From the NCBI RefSeq assembly GCF_009914755.1, contig NC_060940.1: a stretch of DNA of 64,000 bases. One strand, 5' to 3'. The position numbers and the translations under genes are program-made. Source of the DNA: the human T2T-CHM13v2.0 reference genome, Homo sapiens. Below, in pieces: positions 12,951 to 64,000 of the stretch. The notes beneath the pieces were generated by a model. The model saw only the letters and a program-made list of their open reading frames with translations. It did not search any database and was not told the origin of the DNA. How positions within the stretch are numbered: position 1 is the stretch's first letter; every line of letters begins with the position of its first letter.

Positions 12951-13848
12951 CAAAATAGAATGTCTTTTTACTTCTATCAGCCAGATGAAAACAGACTTCT
13001 TGGAGCATTCTATCATGAAATTAGAAATCATTTTTATTTACATGAAAATTATGGAAACAATTTTCATTAGGTTTGATGAATTTCCCTAAGCTCGAAAGCT
13101 AAACACAAGCATTTCCTGACATATCATCAAGAAGAGAAATAGCCTGAAACACATTTGAAAAACACATTAGTATAGAACCCATGCACCCCTCCAGAGTCTA
13201 TCTTAAGAAGAGCTCCTCAGTCACACACTAGTCCTCTGCCCCAGGCCCCAAGTCGTCCATGAAGCTCTCCTCATTATCTCAGGGGAAAAAGTTCCCTGGG
13301 CATTGGACCCTCTGGGGGTCAGCTTCCCAGCCCTGGTGGTGCATCAGAGCCCCCTGGGGGCTTCAGGCCTGCTGATGCCTGGGCCCTAAGCTGGGTCACC
13401 CCATCAGAATCTCTGGGATGGGACCTCACAGGATGGTGAAACCCTCTGTAGGGAGTTCTAATCTGCACCTTGCTGTGAATCCCACTTACTGAAGTCCTCG
13501 CCTCCCTGTGGTACATTAAGATGAGGAAAGACAAAGGTCACCCCTGCCCTTAGAGCAGCTCATGACAAAGAGAATTCTGTTCTTCTAAGGCTATGGATGT
13601 CAACCCAGGCTGCATGTGAATATTACACAGGGAGATTTTCACAAACGCGATGGCCTGCTCCAATAGAACGTGTTTCTTAGAACTGTTTCTCCGCATTTCT
13701 TGGGATGAGTTTATCAAAACCATTTTACTTCTTTGTAGATGCCAGTTTGACACATCTTTCTCTTGAACAAGTTTTGTCATTAATATATACACACTCCCAC
13801 CTTATTTTTCACTTTTCGAACTCAGAGAGATATAGAAAAAATAAATCG

Positions 13849-14520
<672 letters not shown>

Positions 14521-14944
14521 AATGGTCCTATTAGAGTGAAATTGTATCTGCAGGCAAAAGACTGCAACATCCAGGTGATGCTTCTACATGTGGAGAGAGG
14601 ATACCTGCTCCCAGGCTGCAGCACTGATCTGTGGTGCAAGAATTCTGCTGGCTTCATTTTCTGATTCTCCCCTGTTCCTCTCTGTTAAGTTTCACCACAA
14701 GCTCCACAGGCATCCCAGCCCTTCTCCTCCTTTGTCTGTGTTTTGGCTGCAGCTCTCTCAGTTGCTCTCCCCACCCCATGTCATCTCACATGGCACGTTA
14801 TCATTCTGATGAGTAGTTTGAAATTATGCTAATACCATAAGAAACCGTTTTCAATGGGAGAATTCGAGGTCATTTAAAGACTTTAAATAAACCATTCTGA
14901 CCACTTAAATGAGAATAGAAGAGAGTAATGTCTGTAATCCCAGG

Positions 14945-16185
14945 CCTGTTAGAATGTCTCTTATCAAAAAAACCAATGAAGGCAAGTGTTGGCAAGAATG
15001 TGGAGAAAAGGAAACCCTTGTACCCTATTGGTGGGAATGTAAAGTAGTACAGCCATTCTAAAAATGGTATGGAAGTTCTTCAAAAACCTAGAAATAAAAG
15101 TATCCCATGTAAAGAAAATGTGGTGCATATACACCATGGAATACTATGAAGCCATAAAAAGGAATGAGATCATGTCCTTTGCAGGGACATGGAAGGAGTT
15201 GGAAGCCATTATTTTCAGCAAACTAACACAGGAACAGAAAACCAAATACTGCATATTCTTGCATCTAAGTGGGAGCTGAACGATGAAAACATATGGACAC
15301 ATGGTGGGGAACAACACACACTGGGGCCTGTTGGGGGATGGGGGAGGGAGAGCATCAGGGAGAATAGCTAATGCATGCTGGGCTTAATACCTATGTGATG
15401 TGTTTATCTGTGCAGCAAACTACCATGGCACATGTTTACCTATGTAACAAACCTGCACATGCCCCACACGCACCCTGGAAGTTAAAGTAAAATTGAAGAA
15501 AAAAAACTATCCTATGATCCAGCAATTCCACTTTTGGGTATATATCCAAAAGAATTCAAATTAGGCTATTAAAGAGGGATCTGCCCTCCTGTGTTTATTT
15601 TGGCGTTATTGACAATAGTCAAGATATAGAAGAAATTTAAGTGTCCTTCAACAGATGAATGAATAAAGATGTGTATATACACAATGGAGTACTATTTAGC
15701 CTTTATAAAGAAGGAAATTATGTCATTTGTGATAACTTGGATTGAACTAGAGGGTATTATGCTAAGTTAAATAAACCAGGAACAGGAAGACATATACTGT
15801 ATGATCTCACCTAGCTGTGGAATTAAAAATATTGATCTCACAGAAACAAAGAATAGAGACTAGAAAGGTAGTTACCAGAGGCTGTGTCAGGGGGAAGGGT
15901 GGGATAGGGAAAAAGAAGTAATTTATGGAAGGATACGAAGCTTTAGTTAGACTGGAGGAATAAGCGACCTATTGCACTGCACGGTGAGCACAGTTAATAA
16001 TGTATTGTACATTTCAAAATTGCAAAATTAAATTTTTAATGTTCTCACTACAAAAAAAGATAAATTGGTGAGTGGATGGATACGTTAATTAGCTTGATGG
16101 AATCGTTCCATAATGTATACGTATATCAAAATGATCACATTGTATCCCATAAATACATAAAATTATTATTTGTCAGTAAAAAAGA
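14945..16185 (+). mobile_element. L1MA-type 3' end containing a nested L1PA 3' end (~15108-15505)
   Basis: L1 ORF2 C-terminus and 3'UTR motifs occur twice (gaaaatgtggtgcatatacaccatgg...A tail inside the older element). Confidence 0.85.
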
Positions 16186-16232
16186 AAAGACCGTCAGCCT
16201 GCTCTGGTTCTAGTGATATTATCTTTGATCTT

Positions 16233-16252
16233 CTGCTGCCACCTGGTGGCCA
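16233..16252 (-). promoter_or_regulatory. Predicted CTCF binding site
   Basis: The reverse complement reads TGGCCACCAGGTGGCAGCAG, a near-consensus CTCF core. Confidence 0.7.
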
Positions 16253-17659
16253 ACTTCAGAGTGAGGAAGAAAGCAGAGGGGTGAGAAATGAAGTGACCAC
16301 TTTGCCTCTGGAGCCCAAATGAGGACTTAGCTCCCGGATGTGGGTGGGAATGTATTCTTTCACAGAATTCTCCCAAATTAGGGCCTAGCCCCCAACAAAA
16401 CCTTTGGCATCCTCCACGAAGTCCCCCACTCACGGCAATTGGTCTGCTGTGTGGCTGCTCTCAAAGGAGCTGAGACTGAAACCTGAGGTTGAAGAGCCAC
16501 CTACTAGGTGGGAGGATTCTGGATTCCACAGGACTAAGCATTTCCTTTAGTTCAAGCAGGCAACGTTTCTCGTACTCAGTGGCAAACACACCACAGTACA
16601 CACACATGCACATACGCATGCACCACAAGCACCATTTTAATCTATTTGCATGTATTTCATCCCAGGAGTGATTAGTCCTGTCCCCGATTCAATCTGGGTA
16701 ATTTTTTTTTCTTCTCATGGTAATGCATGGAAATTGAGTTTCTCAGGTGTCTTTAGTGAGAGTACACACCCTGTTATTTTTTTTCTTATTTTTTTGGAAT
16801 GCTGTTGCCAATTGGATTGATGTGCTGGTAGCAGGTTTCATCCAATCATTGCATGAAAGCACAGATACACCACCCACAGATGAATTAGGACTTTGTTATA
16901 GAATATATTTTTTTTTTTTAAAATAAAGCCTGTAGTCAAGTTTCTTTCTTCTTCCTTTTTTCTTCATTGTGAGGAAAGAATGTACTATGTTTCCATGAAG
17001 CGGAACTTCCATTTTGCTTCCCATAGTCTATTTGTCATCTTCCTCTCTCTCCTGTCACACCCCCTCCAGCTTGTCATGTGGCACAGTCCTTTTCTGAGCT
17101 CATGCACTTCTCAGCTTACCCTGACAATGGCAGTCATGAACACGTGAGTCAACCACTTCTAGCCTGTTGTTTTTTCCTTCAAAGCATAAGGAGGATGTCT
17201 CATTTCCTTCCTCTCAGGTTTTGTCAGCAGATAGAGCTTTACTGTAGTTTGCAGTTGCATGAGATGTGTTGCCCTCTATCCAGGGTGCAATGTGGCTTGG
17301 TATCACCCATGGACTGACCCCTTCTTGGGTTAATTTACCTATATAACTTTTCTGGAAGGGTGTGACCCTGGCAGCCTACGGAGACCCTGGGAATATCTTC
17401 CAGAGGGCCCTGGACCAGGGATGTCTGCCTGGGTGTGAGACAGACAACCTCTCACCCTCCATGTACCTCCTGGGTCAGGGCATGGAAATCTCACAGGCAC
17501 CCTGCTCCAGGCAGAAGAGGAGGGGGCAGCCTTAGAGGGTGTGGGCAGTTCCCTGGCTCCTGGGGGGACTTCAAACTTATTGCAGACGGAAACCCCTTCT
17601 TCCTCATTTTCAGTCCAACCAACACACTTGGTGGCTAGAGAAACTTTACTTCCTGTTTT

Positions 17660-18715
17660 TATTTATATATTAAATGTTTTCTTTTCATTTTACACAAGAT
17701 GTGTATTTAAACAACCAGATCCTGGATTTGAAGAAGAACATATCTGGAATCCGTTCTGTTCTTTTAATTGTCACTTAGTCCTGTGTGAGGACAGATTTGT
17801 TCTATGTGTAACCGCTACATTTAAAAAGTTATAAAATTGTCCTTAGCGTTACAATGATATATTTTTAAAAATAAAATTTTCTAATTGAACAATGTATGCA
17901 AAGGTTATTCCCCCTTTTTTTTTCCTGCCCCCAACAAACCTAAAGGATCACTATATTTTTTATACTGTTGTTGTTAAAGTCCTGGAATATAGAGATAAAC
18001 AGTGAGTGAGCAGTCCCTGGTGGAGAAAGAGAGTCTTTTTCACAGAAACAGTGTTTTCCCTCAGCTGTCTTCATTGGAAATCACTCAACACCAATGACTC
18101 AATGGCCATTGGAAATCAATGATCGTTGTTCATTCAGTACAAACAAACAAGCAAACAAAAATTATCAATATGTTTGTACAGCTACGCCCGATAATTTATG
18201 TACAATAAAGGAATGAGGAACAGGAAAGTGAAGAAGAGAGAAAGGGATGCTGGACCAGTAGATGTGATGGAAACATATTGCAATTTTCTACGTGAGAATG
18301 TCTGCTTGGTCTGTAGAAACAGAGTTCTGGAGTAAAGCAGTGAGTATGTTCTCAGTAGACCCTCCTGTCTGCTTCTGGAACACATCAACTGAATCTTTGT
18401 CCTCCATTTCCAGTTCTGCAGATGTGTCTGTTTCACTGATTGGCCCCAGTCAAAATGGAATCTGATCTGTGTCATGTAGAAACTCTGCCTTTCACCAAAG
18501 GCTTTCACTCATTCACTAAGTGGTGTGCACCTCTTCAACATCAACTGCATCCTGGGACCATCCTACCTGCCACCTTCAAATTCTGCCATAGCGGAGCCTG
18601 AAGGCTCTTCAGCTGCAGCTTCACCAAAGAAGTCCAGAGTGTGCACCAAACTAGTGAGCCAGCAGCTCCCGATGCCGCAGGTGAAGGAGGCAGCAGAGCC
18701 TTACTCGCTGTTTTT
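17660..18715 (-). pseudogene. Old processed pseudogene of SUMO2; CDS remnant 18352-18589
   Basis: The minus strand gives [47 protein letters not shown]-tctacTGA with frameshifts and no introns. Flanks resemble the SUMO2 5'UTR (gtgaagctgcagctgaagag) and 3'UTR (tttactccagaactctgtt, cctttattgtacataaa, aaggacaattttataacttttt) as recalled. Confidence 0.88.
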
Positions 18716-18728
18716 ATCACCATCCCTC

Positions 18729-18752
18729 CAGCAACAGCAGCAGCAGCAGCAT
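18729..18752 (+). repeat. Short (CAG)n tract
   Basis: cagcaacagcagcagcagcagcat. Confidence 0.8.
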
Positions 18753-20208
18753 CCACAACTACTATTTCTAATTGTGGTAATAATGATGATCACACTTAGA
18801 ATAATGATAAATAACAGTAGTTGTAATTGCTGACATGTTTAGTTTATATATAGATTTATTATTTGTAATGTTCTATAATTTACTTTTAGTAATATACACA
18901 TTAATTGTGTCATAAATATCAGGACCTCAAAACACCCCACCTAATGAGTGATTCTCACATATGGACCCATGGCTGCCCACCTGCTAGCGTGGGTCCTCTC
19001 ACCACTCCACCCCCAGAGCTTCGATCTGTCTGGTCAACATTCTGGGACAATGAAGTAGTTAAGTCATATGGTCTGACTGTGGTCTTGGCAAATAGCTTGA
19101 CTTGTTAGAAATCAAAGGCTGACTTTAAGACGTACTCAGCTGTTTGGCTAAATTGTGGCAGAAAAAAATGTCTTCTCAGCAGATATACCTTTGTATCTCT
19201 TGCTTTCAGAGTAAAAGATTGTTTCAGTCACAGTAGTTTGAGTTAATCTGTATTGAAAATCATCAACAGCTTACAAATACTGAAAGGGGACAAAAATAAT
19301 TTGCAGACACATTGAGTCCATTATAAGTGCTTTCAAATCTCTCCTATAAGAAATGAAAAATAGAATGTTAGGCCTTGATTTCTTAAACTCAGCCTTCAGC
19401 CATTTTCCCAAATTATTCTACATGTTTCCAAGACATTTCAGAAGCATTCTCTGGTGGGGATTATTTCCAATTGTGAAGAGTACTAGAAGGATGAGAATCA
19501 AAAGGAATCTTTCTTCTATCGCAAAAGAGTCAATCTCCAGGATTTCAAAGGCCTAGGGAAGCTGCTTGAGTTGTGAGGTCCATGGAGGTGCATGGGCTTT
19601 GGAGTCAGGCAGAGTTGATCCTGAGTTCCAGCCCAGCCCCTTAGTAGGCCCTAAGGACTCCCGTGGTGCTGTCACAAGCAGTGCTGCCTTTGGGAGCCCC
19701 TAACCTCCTGTCTTTTCTCCCTTCAGTGTGGGAAAGGGGTTTGGTCAGCCAGTGGTGTCAGCAGCCCTGTCCCACACCCGTTGTCTACACCTAATCTGGT
19801 GGCAGGGAGGCCACAGAGTGCAGCGACTAGAACTGGGTGAGAGGGTGAGAGGCAGCCATGCCCCAGGCCAAGACAAGTGCATGGAATCCTGACTGTCAGC
19901 AATCAGGGATGTTTCTGCTTTGGGGAGGGAAGCATTTGTTCCACACGTCTCACTGAATAAGGCACAGAGCCTGATCTGTCCCAAGTGGGAGTTTAACCAA
20001 GCTAGATGGCGGCCGAGGGCCCTGGCCCAGTTTGACACCCACCTCCTCTCCCACCTTCTACTCAGCCAGAAGACTAGGAGAATCTACTCAGCCGGAAGAC
20101 TACGAGGTGCTGCAGCGCCACTAGCTCCAAGACTCCAGAAAAACAGGAATAGGGCATTCTGGCAGGTCAAAGCAGACAGAATACTTGAGCTCAGGAGTTG
20201 GCGAACTG

Positions 20209-20486
20209 ACTATTAACCTGTAGCCCCAGTTACTTGGGAGGCTAAGGTGGGAGGATCGCTTGAGCTCAGGAGATGGAGACCAGCCTGGGCAACATGGTGA
20301 AACCTCATCTCTACAAAAAATACAAAAATCAGCCGGGCATGGTGGCATGTGCCTGTAGTCCCAGCTACTCAGGAGGCTGAGGTGGGAAGATTGCTTGAGC
20401 CCCGGAGGCTGCAGTGAGCCATGACTGCACCACTGCACCAGCCTGGGCAATAGAGTGAGACCCTGTCTCAAAACAAAAGCAAAAAC
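20209..20486 (+). mobile_element. AluJ-like element
   Basis: ggaggatcgcttgagctcagg... and A-rich tail. Confidence 0.88.
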
Positions 20487-21112
20487 CAGAGGTAGGGCTG
20501 AGGAGTCCGTGGCCACAGAGCCTGAGCCAGCACGGCCCAGAGGAACTGAGCTCCCAGCCCTGTCGCTGCCAAGGACCCTTCTTCCCTGAGCTTGAAGGGA
20601 TTGAGAAGGAGAGACAGACGGACAGTCAGCGGCCCCGTTACCAGTGATGCAGACTCCAGGAGATGCGGGCAGAGTTGTAGATTAGAAGAATAGGCCAGCC
20701 CCTCTTCCACGTTCCACCACGGCCCGCAACATCCTCCTGGGACCCCAGCCTGCATGCCCCTATAAGATGCTTTTGCACTGGTTCAGTCTATGTATCATGC
20801 GAGGGCCTAATTGAAAACACGTGAATGAAGTGTACGGCCTTCTGTTCCCAGCTGAGGGGCCCCCTCCCACGGTGGCGTTAGCAGTGGGGTACAGTGCGGT
20901 AAGAGAGGTGCTAAGGGACGGGATGAGGGTCTTTCTTGCTTTAAAGGTGTCTAAATATACTTCTTCTTAAACTTAATTAGCTAATAAGATGTCTTATACA
21001 AGCAGAACCAGGTAAGGGAAAGAGCAAGTGTATTTCAAGTCGCAGCTCACCCCTTAATTAGCTGTAATACCCGCAGCAGGCGGCCCCACCTCAATGAGCC
21101 AGTCTCCCTTTC

Positions 21113-21144
<32 letters not shown>

Positions 21145-21433
21145 CTAATAATGAGGGGGCGGGGCATGGAGCTTTATCCAATCAGGGGCGCTGGAGTGGA
21201 AACCGTCCAATCAGGAGTGAAGCCGGAGAGCAGGGGCGGCTTCCGGGATTTGGCGGGGGCCTTCGTCGGCTCCAGTTAGAGCTCGGGTCTCCTCGCCACA
21301 GCTCCGAGTCTTTCGTTCTGGGAGGCCCAGGCGGCTTCGCGTTCTGAGAATAAACAGAACCTCTGTTGCTCTGCGACTTGCAGGCACTGGGAGATTCGTA
21401 GCTAAGACGCCAGGGCATCCCGGAAGCTGGGAA

Positions 21434-63937
<42,504 letters not shown>

Positions 63938-64000
63938 AAATGTAAAACATGGAGCAGATTTTTTACTTGTTACCCATGTCTTATTGTGCATCAGATAATT

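Noticed and set aside
18525-18833. ORF with a polyQ stretch and hydrophobic tail
   Set aside because: It is the antisense of the SUMO2 pseudogene 5' end plus simple repeats, with a non-ATG start.

Overview
This is primate, almost certainly human, genomic DNA. It holds the complete coding structure of the KRAB C2H2 zinc-finger gene ZNF267 on the + strand: exon 1 supplies only the ATG (21434-21436), followed by the KRAB-A exon (31966-32092), the KRAB-B exon (32629-32724) and the zinc-finger exon (61932-63937). The spliced CDS is 2232 nt, or 743 aa. The gene has a CpG-island promoter and a strong upstream CTCF motif. The rest is repeat-dense: L1s of several ages including one full-length antisense L1PA3/4, Alus, a solo LTR13, THE1/MST MaLR LTRs, MER1 DNA transposons and ERV1-type LTRs. 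Three processed pseudogenes are present (RBM22, SUMO2 and a 5'-only PPFIA1 fragment). I see no new multi-gene system. The most interesting unexplained structures are: (1) a possible PPFIA1-mRNA/L1 chimeric retrocopy; (2) an inverted templated insertion and a fold-back palindrome in one old L1; (3) a nested, inverted THE1 pair; (4) an intronic L1 antisense promoter with ORF0 splice donors aimed at the zinc-finger exon; (5) a recently duplicated finger block followed by a fossil finger beyond the stop codon. Repeat subfamily names and parent-gene matches are recalled from memory, not database-checked, and most repeat boundaries are approximate.
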